Below, in pieces: positions 41,587 through 54,910 of a DNA stretch of 64,000 bases. The stretch lies in the NCBI RefSeq assembly GCF_964355755.1, contig NC_092675.1, positions 4,707,812 to 4,771,811 on the forward strand, read 5' to 3'. Position 1 is the first letter of the stretch. Each line of letters starts with the position of its first letter. The stretch comes from Antedon mediterranea (taxonomy: Eukaryota; Animalia; Echinodermata). The position numbers and the translations under genes were made by a program. Under the pieces are notes generated by a model. The model worked only from the letters and a program-made list of their open reading frames with translations. It did no database searches and was not told the origin of the DNA.

Positions 41587-42683
41587 AAAATGTTGTAAGG
41601 TGGTAATAGAGGGTGCTCTACTAGTACTAGTCACTATATTTGTTAAATATTGTTCTTTTTGAAAATGTGAATTTCCTGTTTCACCTGGTCCTTAGTTTGC
41701 GAACAATCTACTGTACATAAATCAACAAAATATATAAAATTTTAAAAAATATGTATACGTACAGTAGTAAAATAACTACTGTAGCACAACTGATTTGAAT
41801 TTAAAATAATGAAAGTACTTAATAAGTATAATAATATATATATATATATAATAAGGTATAAAAAAAGGTTTTGCTTCTAGCTCGTAAAGTTATGGTAACA
41901 ACATAATTGGTTAGTGGACGTCATCCCTAGAGGAATTTAGACCAGCTTATGCCCTCACCTCCCTGGTTTTATACATAAATAATTTAAGTAATAATAATAG
42001 ATTATTCTAAGAAAAGGTATACCCCTTCCTGTGATCATTTCAAAATACATAAATTGTGTATTTTACCTTTTTTATATAAATTATTGGATATCAACTAGGT
42101 AGGAAAACAATTAAAAATTTAAGATATAGTTGCTGAAAATGAAATTTTATATCTAAAATCAATTTAAATTGTTTAGTTTTATGGATTCTTTTACAGAATA
42201 ATATACAGATCTATATCAAGAATCAAATCATGTGATATATGGAATATTTAAAAATACGACTCAGATTGATACAGTATACTGTAGTGAGAATGATATAGTA
42301 TACTATAGTAACCTATGATTCTATGAACGTATTGTGGTAGTAATCAATCACATACAGTAGTCTTGAAATCTATAAATACAACACTTAATTGGGCTGTTCC
42401 AACATAAAACATGAGTCTCTCCCCATCCTGGGATCCTCAACCCACGAGGTCTCACCCAGAACACTTATTCGGTTACATAACAATATACTTATTTCTTCCA
42501 AAATACATAAAATTATAACAATCAATATAAAAGCAACATACAGGAGGAGGGCAGACAACTAAGGAACAAGTTCTTCCTAGTACCTAAAAGGTTTGACTGC
42601 CCTTTCGTTAGGCCAGACACAGACGTTGAGTGGATCATTTTTAGTCTCCCGCCTAGGTTACAGGTGGGAGCCAGTCTGAAAAT

Positions 42684-43553
42684 AGCGAGCTTTCGTTGTA
42701 GTACGGAAGTAGTTCAGTACAGTAATTTGAACCGAAATGTGATCCACGCATGCGCAGAAATTTGAGACTCACCGTAGCGTTAAATTTGAGAACGGTAGTG
42801 AGAAGAAATAGCGTCCTGTCTGAAACGTACATTCAGCTGTGTATTTTAATTATGGAGGACACGATGGAAGTAATATCGTCAAGAGTAAAGCAGTTTAATC
42901 AGTCGTTATTTTAACTTATTGTAATCAAACATGGACTAGGCTATAGCATAAATGAATGTTCATTAATGTCAAGTTTCAAGTTTATTGTTTCACACAATAC
43001 AATACAATATAATACAGAAACATAAATTAATAAATACAAAGCCAAGGCTTTAAGTTTGGTCCTCCAGAGAAGTAAAAATATATTTAATTATTTAATTTAA
43101 GCATTACTTACTAACTAACAATGTAGTGCTCTAGATCAGTGATACAAAATATAAAATAAAAAAATTGGCTTAGACTTTAGAGATTCGGCCTAGAAATAGC
43201 CTGAAATAGCTGTTGCATTCATCATCGTTGAATTTATCTAAGTTGAATTGATATTCATCGCTTTTATACTGAAAATCAGAATTACTTGGAGAATTCATAC
43301 TATACAACATAATGAATTCTTCCTCGTCTAGAACATCTGAAATATAGGCAGCAACAAGAGCGCTGCATCTCGTACCCTATGTAGGTTCGCCATGTTGTGT
43401 GAGATGCTGAAAGCCGAGACAACTGATGATGATACCTGATCGCACTATGACGTCGCGCACATGTTCCCGTCGCGTGAACAAAACGAAACAGTAACAGACA
43501 TGACGGGAGCCTAGTAAATGAGTACGTTTACCGTCCCGTTACGAAAGCTCGCT
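42684..43553. mobile_element. Internally deleted PHIS-superfamily (PIF/Harbinger-related, Pangu-like) DNA transposon
   Basis: 13-bp perfect TIR AGCGAGCTTTCGT / ACGAAAGCTCGCT, AAT on both flanks (42681-83, 43554-56), CpG-rich ends and a transposase remnant inside. Confidence 0.8.
43170..43393 (-). pseudogene. Frameshifted N-terminal fragment of a Harbinger-type (DDE_Tnp_4-family-like) transposase
   Basis: MANLHRVRDAA/(frameshift)LVAAYISDVLDEEEFIMLYSMNSPSNSDFQYKSDEYQFNLDKFNDDECNSYFR. Resembles the D-E-E-E-F-x-x-L-Y ... F-x-L-D ... D-D-E-C-x-x-x-F-R N-terminus of marine invertebrate Harbinger-like transposases (recognised from memory). Confidence 0.65.
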
Positions 43554-44518
43554 AATGATGTGAATTGGTCAAGTTTGAACTATACACTCCTTGCTGATAG
43601 AAAGCAAAAATTGCATTTTAAAATTTATTTTAATTTAATGCAATATATCATGATATAAACTTGTTCACAATAAATTATTGTAAGCATGTATTTCAACATG
43701 AATTGTACCTCCAATGATTTACTGTACTTTTTATATTACAGTCTTAGCTTTCATTATTGTGATTTGTGTTGGGGTTTTATTGTCATAATTGTGTCAAAAA
43801 CAGCATAATTAATCCAAGAAGGCAAGATTCTGGTGACAAAGGTGCCAACTAAACAGAGAATCATTTGTCTCTTAATAGTAGAGTTGAAAAAAACTGGGTT
43901 ATTACCACCACAATATACTTACATTTTTGTATTTTGAGGAACTAATATCTGAAGGAATAACCTATTACCAGTGGACGTATTTCATACCTCCACTTTTACT
44001 AGTTTAAAGTTTAACAGTTTAGTTTGAATACATAAATTTTTCAGTCACTTTTACTTGAAGACAGTTGTGTAGTATACAAACTAACAACATTTTTTTGGAA
44101 GGTGATTGTACACAATAAATAAGACATCACACAAGTCCGCCACAAGCCTCATTCATAAATCTGTCAAATCTTTTTTGGTGGTAGACAGCACATGTTTTGA
44201 ATATATCTTGGGGTTACCCATGAGAACTATACACTGATACCAGAGTTCAATAAACTCTTATTGACAACATCAAAACTCCATACATAGATCAGGTAGATTA
44301 CAAAAGGAGTTTTAAAATGTTTGAACTTCCCTTGAGATGTTGTGTAAATTTATTTGGGCATTGTTAAAGGAGGGCCGGGAGCGAATGGGATATTCCACTA
44401 TCATACGATTGCTAATATCATGAATTTTTAATCCATGCATCCTACTAAGATTCTGTGTTTAATTTGCAAATCTCTCAACGGATCTCAATCTCATTAATTT
44501 AGTATATATATGGTCCAT

Positions 44519-44878
44519 TCTTAAATATTTCCATACAGGAAGGTGCCGTATCTACAGAGTATATTTTCATGGGCCTAGGAGCACAAGCGGGAGAAATGAA
44601 GGTGTAAAATTAGTAATTTAAGTCCCTGGCCCGTCCAGTGTCTAAATGGATTTTAGCTAAAAAAATTGAATTAATGAAAATTAGCCGCCTACGTAAACTA
44701 GCCGCCTACGTTATGCAAACCCTGTCGTGAACGGTTCCCCTTTTGCTGGGAACTATTACAGTACAAATATTGCGGCTATCTGGCGTGGCCTATTTCCTGT
44801 CGTCTTGGTAGTCCATAGTATTTTTCAGTAAAACAGGTAGCACAAGTTAGTGCCTCATGTCTCGAAGTGGCTGCTGCT
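44519..44878. repeat. Unclassified interspersed repeat, copy 1
   Basis: Blocks cttaaatatttccatac...taagtccctggcccg and cagtacaaatattgcg...gaagtggctgctgc recur, diverged and collinear, at 51791-52388. Confidence 0.8.
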
Positions 44879-47800
44879 GATTTTATTCTGCCCAATGAGT
44901 AAGCAATCCCAAAGGATTTATTGATAATGTGGTCATATTATTCAAAATATAATTTTATATAATAAATTCTTGTTGATGGGTTTCGTCAAATTTTGTTGTG
45001 TGTGGCTAACAAGACCAATGTTAAGGTGTCTGCTGCAGTTCTTCTGCATTTTCTTCTCTGAGCTCTTTTCTTCGATACTGTGACCCACTGCCTCTAATCT
45101 CTAAGTCTTATCATTATTTTTTTGTTCTTATATTAAACAAATTAACAAATTCCAAAATTTATTAATACAGTTAATAACTATATTAAAAACATGACCTGAT
45201 AAAAGTTCAGAAATGTACAGTACTTCCTTAAAACTAATTAAGCTAAATTTGATGTGGAACTAACCAATCTAAAAAATGCCCAGGGCTCTGATTTGTATTC
45301 GAAAAACATCAGTTTTCTTGTATCATATTCTGTACTGTCGTCGTAATATTATTATAATTATTCAAAGATTAGATGTACCTTGAATATTTTCTATAAACTA
45401 AAGTTATAATTTTTAGAAGTCCTAAAAACATGACATTTATTGTAAAGTACACAAAATATTCCATAAAAATTATATTTTCAAACTTTGATATTTTATCCCA
45501 TTGATGGTAGAACTGTGATTTGAAACATTAACTTTATTTGAGTCCTACCAGCAGCTCAGCCTAACTTACTAAAAGCCAAAATCATAATGAAAAGACTGCC
45601 TAGGGCAGGTTAGGTGGACAGGTCAATTGTGGACATCCTTGCGGCCATTCAAGATGACCATTCCACTATAACAGTACAATAACCTTATAGTATCCACTTG
45701 GTTATCATCACTAATAATCAGGTTTAAGTTTCAAATAAAATTCTTTTGGTAAATAACTGTTGATTGAGTTCACGCCTTCTGGACATGTTGGTCAAACGAG
45801 TAGTGAGTGAGTGAGGTTTCTTGGACATCGAGATTAGGCTATAGTTGTACATCTACCTAGAATATCCCCTGGTAGTAGTTTAATGCTGTATTTCTCAGAA
45901 ATTGACTATTCAATCTATACTATTTACTAACCTACCTATTAAAAAAAAACTTACTATTAAAAAACAGAAAACAAATACTGTATATAGTAGGCTGCATGTC
46001 ACAGTAGGCATGTTTAATGTTAAAAAATGCAGGAATATATACAATTTTTACAAATAAAATATGAACACAACAGAATGATATGACACATGGCGCTGAAAAC
46101 CTGTAAAAATCCCAGCCAAGGAAAATCTACTGGTTTTTATAAGGAAAATTGTAGTTATACACAAACCAAAATCAAAATAATAGTAAAGCCAAAAAAAAAA
46201 GTTAGTTGTCCATCCCCTCCCTCGTCAAATTTTTAAAATTTAGAACATCATGACTTCTTTTTACTACTGTATGTACTCATTCTCTTGTTTGTACATCAAC
46301 AATATCTCTAATATTAAAACCCCTAATAACAACAAAATACTGGACATGAATTGAAACTAACTATTATTTTTATTTTATTAATTTTTACTTGGCCTAATAT
46401 AATAGTGAAAATGTAGGAAGAGAAAAATCATCCTGATATACTCAAATAATAAAGAAAGTTTTCTATTCAACCACAAAGGAAATGACACAGAATAAAAATT
46501 AATTAAATGTGGTTAATACTTTCAAAGGTGGATAGAAGTTGTCTTGCTGTTGAAGTTGAAAAAGTTGTGATAGTTTAAAATAAATTTATATAAGAGAGCA
46601 ATAACTACTACACTACTGTATGTTCTTATTAAGGCAGATCCAAAGACTTTTACGCAGCAGTTATGTTGAGTTTGATCCTCTATTTTGTAAGTCTAGGCTA
46701 GATATCCTGGATATTAAATTCCTCCCCTATTATTCTTTAGGTATCTTTATCTAAAATCTGAAGGCCTATTTTAAAAGAAGTTTTAAAAATGGTCCTGTTG
46801 CTACTTCCAATAATACTGGAATAATGGGTTATCCTCAGTTCATTCAGTTACTTGTTTCCTTGTACATTTTCTTTTTTATTTAATGTGTCTGTTTGTAAAA
46901 TTGAACTGAAGAAAAAAAGAAATAACAACATAATTTATTCATAAACTATTAACTATTGTATTGTTATTATTTGCAGCAGAAGGTGGTCTTGCCATTATTG
47001 TGATCATTTTTAAAATGTACAAGTTTTACTTTAGAGTATTTAATTTTTCAATTAATAATAATAATGTTCAGTCATCTAGTATTACAACTATATCTTGATG
47101 ATATTTGCAACCTGAGTTTTCAGTTTCTGTATCATAATATTGTATAACCAAGAGGGAGATACTGTATCTCAAATCATATTCAATATTTCCATCAGATTTG
47201 TCATACGCTTGAGTTTAATTCTAAAATATTAGAAAATAAACAGCCTAAACAGGCAGTTTTATGGTCAGGGACATTTCGAGAATTCCTTATGGAGTTCTCA
47301 GATGGAAGGGGGGCCGCACGAAGGTCCTTCACAAACGGATGGGTATTCCAGGATTATATATATACTCCATTTTCAGTGATAGGGGTTATGTTGCTAAAGG
47401 GTATCTGCCTACTAAAACATAGTTATTGCATAAAATTCAGAAGCACTTAACTTTCAATTATTTTGAATATTAAATCATTTATTGAATATTTTGTATTGTT
47501 TAATTTTCTGTTTTTTATAACCGAGAATCAACAAAATTTCACAAGTATACCGTATTACAGTATAATATGAGTTGTTTAAAGTTTCTACTCAATTAAAGCT
47601 ATTATTATTATTCGTATGATGGAGCTATAAAATTGCTCTTTGGTACTACTCTACTACTAAGCTAGCTAGACTTCTCTCTGACAATATTGAGAGCCCATCT
47701 CTAGTTTCTGCCTCCCAGGGGTCACCATTAATTTGTTCTATATTTAGACGCTTGACTCAGCTCACATCCCTCCAGGCTTTGTCATGAGGTCTTATGGGAA

Positions 47801-49675
47801 CATTTGCCCTAATTTTTTTCCTACTGTTAAATGTAGGCTTATATAGTAGGCCTATTGGAAATTTGAATAACCAAAGTAAAATGATTTGAACATACTAAAT
47901 TACAGTGGCTCTGAGTGCTCAAGCAGATATTTTGTACATTGTTTTTGGAGTTTTTCATGGGATGCTTGACATTATCTGAGTGTGTTACAGTGGGATGGTC
48001 GAGTGCTGTAATGTTCTCCATAGCAAATTTTAAAAAAAAATGTTTCGAAAATTATGATGTAATGAATGATTACAGTATATATCAGGCAGGACAGAAGATG
48101 TCCTAAATTTGTGTGAACCGGGTACATAAAGGCGCACTGGGATTAGCCAGTAATTTCCTATCACTGAGTGTAATTTAATATAATATGACTCAATAATTAG
48201 GACATCATAGAAATAATGATGGAATTTGTATACAAAATGACAGGGTTAACTTGCTCCTTCCTGATACTTGTAGGTCAAAATAAGAATATACATTTTAAGC
48301 AACTGCAGTTTGCAGCTCAAGGTTTGATGATTAATTTAATGACTGGATTATTATAGAAAGACCCACTAGTTATTTATAAGCAATAAAAAAAAAAAAATAA
48401 AGAGAAAAAAATTAAAAATATTATTCTGCTAATTAATATACAGGTATATTTTAAACAGTTAAATATGATTTTAAAGCAGTGGTCCCTAAAGAAAGAACCA
48501 GTCCTAAAAAGCTAAGGACCACTGACTTGTTTATATAGCAATAGAAACTGGTGACAGAAACTATACATGACTATACCATTATCCGACAGGGATGCGTATA
48601 TGTTAAAGTTCTTTTCGTAATGTATTCCTCTCATTGGAGAGAGAGGCTATTGTTAGTTTATCCAGATAAACCTACGCACAAAAAAGATCTATAAATTCAA
48701 ACTAAAAAATGATCAGCAGTAAATAAATACATCAAAGTAAACTAAAGTACTATTAATAAAGTAATAAATTTTAATTTTTTCTGTTTTCAATCTGATTTTC
48801 TTTAAAAGTTAATATATTTTTGTTGACAGAATGATTTATTTTCATACAATTTAGATAAAACTATAAAGTATATAAGCTCTTATAAATGCTGCGATCAAAA
48901 AAACTATTTGACAGCCAAGTACTAAATCCTATTTTTTCAATTTAGGTCCCTGGAACTGACACACCAAAGTACACCTACAACTAATTTTGAAACTTACTAC
49001 ATTAAACTAATTTGTATTTGTCATAAAAATGCAAGGGGAGGAGAAAAATAGATTCGGACAAGCAATACCATAAGCTGTCCAACTTATTTAAAGTTAAAAT
49101 AGCAGAATTAGATTAATTTAAAATCCATTCATTAATGCTGAAGTCCATCCCAATGTTATTAAATATGAAAAAATTGTAATACTTTTGTCAAATCATACAG
49201 TCATAACAAGTTTCAATGCGATAGACAGCATTTCGTCGCCATTCTGGAACCGTGCCAATGCGCTCCATCTGATCAGCGTGATTCATCCAATATTCATATC
49301 GGGATAGGAAAAAAAAGTTAATTAACTATACAGAGGGTTAGTGAAATATTGTAAAAATGATACACGGTTTATAAAAAGGGATGCGATAGTGAGATTTAAA
49401 AGATAAAGCTGGTTGAACCCAACTAAACCAGTCTGTTGAATCATAAATTACACATTCATATTTTGATATGTAATGCAACATTTTGTTTCAAATTTAGCAC
49501 ACAGTGTTAAACTGAATTACATGATGAGAAATAAATGCTTTTCTTAAAACTAGCTAGGTGCTGACATTGTTTATCAAGGAATTGAACCAAGAATTCTGTG
49601 TTATAAACCAGCATGTTGTACAACACATAAAACACTAACATATTGAAAGACTTAAATATGAGGTTAAGTAATAAA

Positions 49676-49790
49676 TTTTTAGTCGCGACTCTACAGCTCA
49701 CTATATCGGTCGGTTGGTTGGTCGGTCGGTCAGTCGGTAAACACTAACTCAAATTTGAGCACGTGACTGCAGCCATATGATGGCCAGAAT
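49676..49790 (+). mobile_element. Helentron/HINE-like non-autonomous element end
   Basis: TTTTTAGTCGCGACTCTACAGCTCACTAT followed by a (GGTC/GGTT)n microsatellite. This is the layout of DINE-1/HINE-type 5' ends. Confidence 0.5.
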
Positions 49791-51790
49791 TGTTCTTTAA
49801 TAGTGGCGTAGAAAATTATTTTGGGACATTTAAAAGGCCTATAAACTACTCTAATCTTCAAATGACAATTTAGGTGAAATTTTAAATCTAAATTTTTAAC
49901 ATGAGTATCCATGTGTAATTACTGGATAAAAACAGTCCATAAAAACATACATTATCATCACTCTGACATTCAAAAACTGAGATTCCTTCATAATCACGTC
50001 TTCATCATTTTTATTGACCATTGATGATGAAGCTTGAATAAACAAGCTATAATTCTTGTCTTAAATTGTAATAAATAATATATGTCATTCTATTCAAATC
50101 TATCTATCTATTATTTTACATTTAAAATATTTGTATGTTTTCGAGTAAGCAGTAGCACCTTTCTTGATTTATCCAAATAGAATATTGAATATAATGGCAG
50201 ATTCAGGATTTTGAAATATTGAGAGGGGTTTGGGATGGGGTAACTATGACTTAAATTAATAATTGTAAAATACAGTAGTGAATAGTAATATTCTATCTTT
50301 GCATTGTATGTATTGTTCAAAATTTATGATATGGACCGGGAATCAGAACTGGAATAATTTTGTAAAATCTTCTAGGACCCCATTACATTATATTAGTAAG
50401 GTACATTACTGTTATTTGATATCATGGCTACTACAACTCTGGGGTAGCCAGAACAGCCAGCCAGCTGGTTTAAACAGGGAAAAATATCATTTCGAAATTC
50501 TGTTTAGCAATATTGCCAATCAAACTGATTTTTGATTCGAGAAACATTGTTTTGTATAGCTTTTTGCTATGCTACACTGGTGAAATTATTCCCTGTTAAA
50601 TGTGTGTGTCATATCTCAGCAAGATGCCTTGTTCAAGATTACAACAAAATATTTCTGGCGCCAAGATCTTATATTCAGTAAATATATTACAAACCATAAA
50701 TTAATAAAACCGCAAAAATATCTCTTTTTATCTTTTCGTTTGGTTGTTTGGTTCAATAGTAAAACTGACTATAAAATCAAATTAGACATTATTGTAAGGA
50801 GGACACAGTTTAGGTTCAGAAATATTGCATGTATAGCAAGTTGTCAACTGCTACTTAGTCTACCATGTACCTGGGATAATTCTGGTCTTGTTATATTATA
50901 CAGTACAGCTCATTGGGCTGGTAGCTGTAGATTTTAATAGCTCACATAACCTTAACATTTAAACCTACTTGCAATTGATAAATAAAAAAGCTGGATATAA
51001 CTAGGTTTAAAAAAAAAATAATATTAATAAAATCGTTTCTATGTGTTACCAAATGTTGAAATCACATCTTTTTATAATACTAATATAAACATACCTACTA
51101 CTGTATTCTATGCAACAATAAATAATAGACATTCTTATATAAATCTATCAAATCACCAAGAATGCTGAAAAGGATTTATAGCATTAAAGTGGATCATTAG
51201 GACACAGCTTTAATTCTTCATTATTTTCATTTGTCTTGAGTTTTACACACAGTAGTATTATTGTGATTTGGTAATCTGGTAATATCAACCTATCACTAAT
51301 CTAACCTTGAAAAAGAGTTGTTGTGAGTTTGTGTAAGGGGTTACACCCAGGTGTATGCACTGACAGTGAAATACAGCAGAGAAGATTGCTTTCCTCCCCC
51401 CTCCCCCTTGATATTTAATAATATAAATTAATTTAAATACAGATTCCTACATATTATATCAATGCCTTTAGCACTTACAGTATGATGCTTTTCCCCAGGG
51501 GGCTCACTCTTAAATATTTCCAAGGTAGATGCTGCATTTACGGTATTTATAAGGGGTAGAATAAGTAATATTGGTGTGATGTTGATGACTTGGTAGCATA
51601 AAGGCATTACATGTTAAAGGATTTTGTGTGGGAAATGAAAAATTTGTTTCATTTTTTCTAACCCACACACAAATTTGTGTGAAATGAATTCCAGCAAAGG
51701 GTATTCCTCCTCCTCTCTAACAGCATGATTAGCTGACTCTTTTCTATCACAAAACCATTTTGATTAGAAAAATAAAATGTAACAAAACCT

Positions 51791-52388
51791 CTTAAATATT
51801 TCCATACGGGGAGGTGCCGCATTTACGGGTATATTTTCGAGGGCCTGGTAGCACAAGTGTGGGAAATTATGGAGAGTTGGTAGCACAAGTGTGGGAAATG
51901 ACAGGGTGAAATTAGTAGTTTAAGTCCCTGGCCCGCCGTGTCAAAATGTCACGATTTATTGACAAATTTTGCAGGTATTTTAGCATAATGGATGCTATAA
52001 GCCCGGCTTATATATAAGCCCATCGCTAAATACCTTTGAATAGGCCTAGAGTTTTCGCATCAGCAGAAGAACACGAAACATAGCCTAGGACAAAATCATT
52101 CAACTGTGACCACTCTTGACTCTTGATCATCGTCGTCATGCACCGCGCGGAGACGAGCGATAAACTTGCCAAAACACGTTCGTGATTTTGCCATGAACGG
52201 TCTCTTTGGCCATGCGCAGATCATGCCGGGAACCAGTACAAATATTGCGCCCTCTCTGGCGTGGCCTTTTTTCTACCGTCTTTTTAGAGAACACTGGATT
52301 TTTATTTGGTAAATGGTAGTTCAAGTCCGTAGTATTTTTCAGTAAAACAGGTAGCGCAAGTGCCTCATGTCTTGAAGTGGCTGCTGCA
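51791..52388. repeat. Unclassified interspersed repeat, copy 2 (longer, CpG-rich)
   Basis: Homologous to 44519-44878, with an internal direct duplication tggtagcacaagtgtgggaaat. Confidence 0.8.
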
Positions 52389-52651
52389 CAGCCCCCCCCC
52401 CCCACCCGTTTGGTTTATATACAAGTGACCCCCCCGGGAAAACAACCATTGCACACTGTCTTACACGTCTTCTTTCGTCATAAATCAAGATGGATTTGGA
52501 GTTTTGTACGAGAATAGTAGAGTTGCAAGGGAATAATCCTGTGGATACACCTTGATAATAATCTAGGAGGAGTTGCAAAGTTATGTTTATAAAATATGCA
52601 CAGATACGGTACTTCTTCAAATACTCAAAAGCTGCTTTCACTTTACGAATG

Positions 52652-52807
52652 TGTCTACACTATCAAACTTTATGTGACAAAAAAAGTGATATGCCTATAT
52701 ATGGACATGATGATGTCATTTCACTACCGTATTTGGGAATATCACTTTCATATTTGGGCACATTACACTTTTTTTGTCAAACTAGTTTGACAGTGTAGAC
52801 AGAGCTT
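52652..52807. mobile_element. ~150-bp MITE family, copy C
   Basis: TGTCTACACTATCAAACT...AGTTTGACAGTGTAGACAGAGCTT. Confidence 0.85.
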
Positions 52808-53197
52808 TAGAGATATTTTAGTATGAATTATTGGATCAGTTTTCAAATAATTAATACATTACCAAGTTAAAATAATATTGTAGTTAATTATTACTTGATT
52901 TAAAATTCCATCAAGTTCATTTCAAATATTGCGTAATGAACACTATGATAATGCAATATAACCAATTTCTAGAAAGTATGTACATTCCAATTGGTCAGCG
53001 GTTCAATAATCACTCAGGTAGACTGGACAATAAGGCACCGCACTATTTGTCTACATTCAGTTTATCTGAACAAGTAAGTACTTTATCAGTTAATTAATCA
53101 GTGCTATGGTGCCGACAGGACTGAAACAAACAATACCATTTTTACGATGAACCTTTGATTTCGAAGCATATTCCATAAAACTTAAAAGAAAACTTAT

Positions 53198-53354
53198 AAG
53201 CTCTATCTACACTATCAAAACTTTATGTTACAAAAAAATATGCCTATATAGACATGATGATGTTATATCACTACCATATTTAAACATATCACTACCATAT
53301 TTGGGCACATCACATTTTTTGGTCACATAAAGTTTGATAGTGTAGACAGAGCTT
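53198..53354. mobile_element. ~150-bp MITE family, copy D
   Basis: AAGCTCTATCTACACTATCAAA...TTTGATAGTGTAGACAGAGCTT. Confidence 0.85.
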
Positions 53355-53941
53355 TAAAATTGAAAAGGGTAGTTCATCCTATTCATTTGATCAAAAATAA
53401 AACTACTGTTGACCATTTAAGTATTTCTTAAAATAGGAAAAAAAACAAATGAAAAGTGAAATGAAGTATTTCTATTAATTGTGGTTGAATATGAATACTG
53501 TGTAGGTAATGATTTTGAACATGCTTTTCATCATACACTTCCTTCGTATGACTGAGTCAGATTCACCCTAGTTCTTGTCAATCACATTTTGATTGATAAC
53601 AAAAAAAGTGAAAATCTCCTTATATCAGTTTATGATAAAAACACTACAAATCAAGTTAACATTTATCTAGGATTACATATTTACCAGTTGATAAAAGCTG
53701 ACATTTGACAGCAATCTGTCTCGGTAAAAGTATTAATATTACTGTTGGAAAATATTGATACTGTATAATAAAATGATTGCTCATATCAAAGAGTAACATA
53801 CTCTGAGTTGATAAATTTAAAAAAACAGCTCAAGCCCTCTTGATTATTAAATAATTAATCATTTCATCAATTTATGTGATCAACAAAAAATAATGTAAAA
53901 CAAACAAAAATAGAATAAATCAGTCAGTAAAAAGATTACAA

Positions 53942-54132
53942 CAGTCAACTGTCCCCAAAACCGGACTCTCTGAAAACCAGAAACTTTCCCAAAACAAGAC
54001 TTTTCTTGGGGTTCAAAAGGTCCCAAATTAATTTTTATTAAACATCCTAAACACACTCTGAATACCAGGATTTCTGGAAAACCAGACATATTAGGCCAGC
54101 CCAAAAGTGGACGGTATGGGGAGAGTTGACTG
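53942..54132. mobile_element. Tc1/mariner (pogo/Tigger-like) MITE
   Basis: CAGTCAACTGTCCCCAAAACCG versus the reverse complement of the right end, CAGTCAACTCTCCCCATACCG. TA follows the right end. Confidence 0.7.
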
Positions 54133-54679
54133 TATAACTTCCAGAATCAGTCCCATTAAAAATACACACGCCTTGTAATGTAACACCACTGATAATATCA
54201 AATTCAACAGACTGCAATGCATTTTTGTTTCAAAGATGGCTTTTATATTTAAGATGATGTTTTTAACTTTGAAATATATTGTTATTACAATTATTGATGA
54301 CTTACCTAAGTTTTATTTTCTTGATAAAATCTCGTTTGGTGTACTAAATTTTGAAAGTTGATTTATCTAAGGTGCTTTTACAGTAACTGAACTGTGAAAT
54401 TTACTTGCATGCTTGATAGGAAATGTTCCTGATAAATTGAAAAACAAGTTTAAATTGGCAATTTGTTAGATATGATTCAGTGAATTTACTGAATTGGTTT
54501 TTACACTTAGTTTACAAGAAATATTGAGGGAATGAATGGAATGTCATGAAGAAATGTTCACAAAGAAATTGTAACAAAATAATAAAGAAGCAACAATCCT
54601 CCCTAAGGATCGAATAAATCATACATGTCAAGTTTAAAAAATTGAAAGTCCACTCACAACCCACTATCTATCCACCATG

Positions 54680-54910
54680 GGTAGGCTATGCCTAGCCACC
54701 CCTACTAAAATTAAAAAGTGACTGTCTCATCAGTGTAGGTTAGTTGTATTGTATTTATTCTACCCTCCCTACTAGGCTTACATAATAATAGTAGGGCTTA
54801 AGGCTTAAGCCTAGCCTAGCCTAGGGTCTACCTAGCTAGGCCTAGTAGTAGGCTAACATAGAGGGCTAGGTGCAGCCTACTAGGCTAGCTAGGCCTAGGT
54901 AGGCCTAATT
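54680..54910. repeat. Low-complexity TAGGC/GCCTA/CTAG palindrome-rich tract
   Basis: Dense runs such as gcctagcctagcctagg and ctagctaggcctag, about 0.7-0.9 kb upstream of the macroH2A ATG. Confidence 0.7.

Noticed and set aside
44050-45110. Possible decayed LINE around the unclassified repeat (WVTVSKKR-like peptide near 45090)
   Set aside because: Only a short suggestive motif, with no continuous RT or endonuclease similarity readable by eye.
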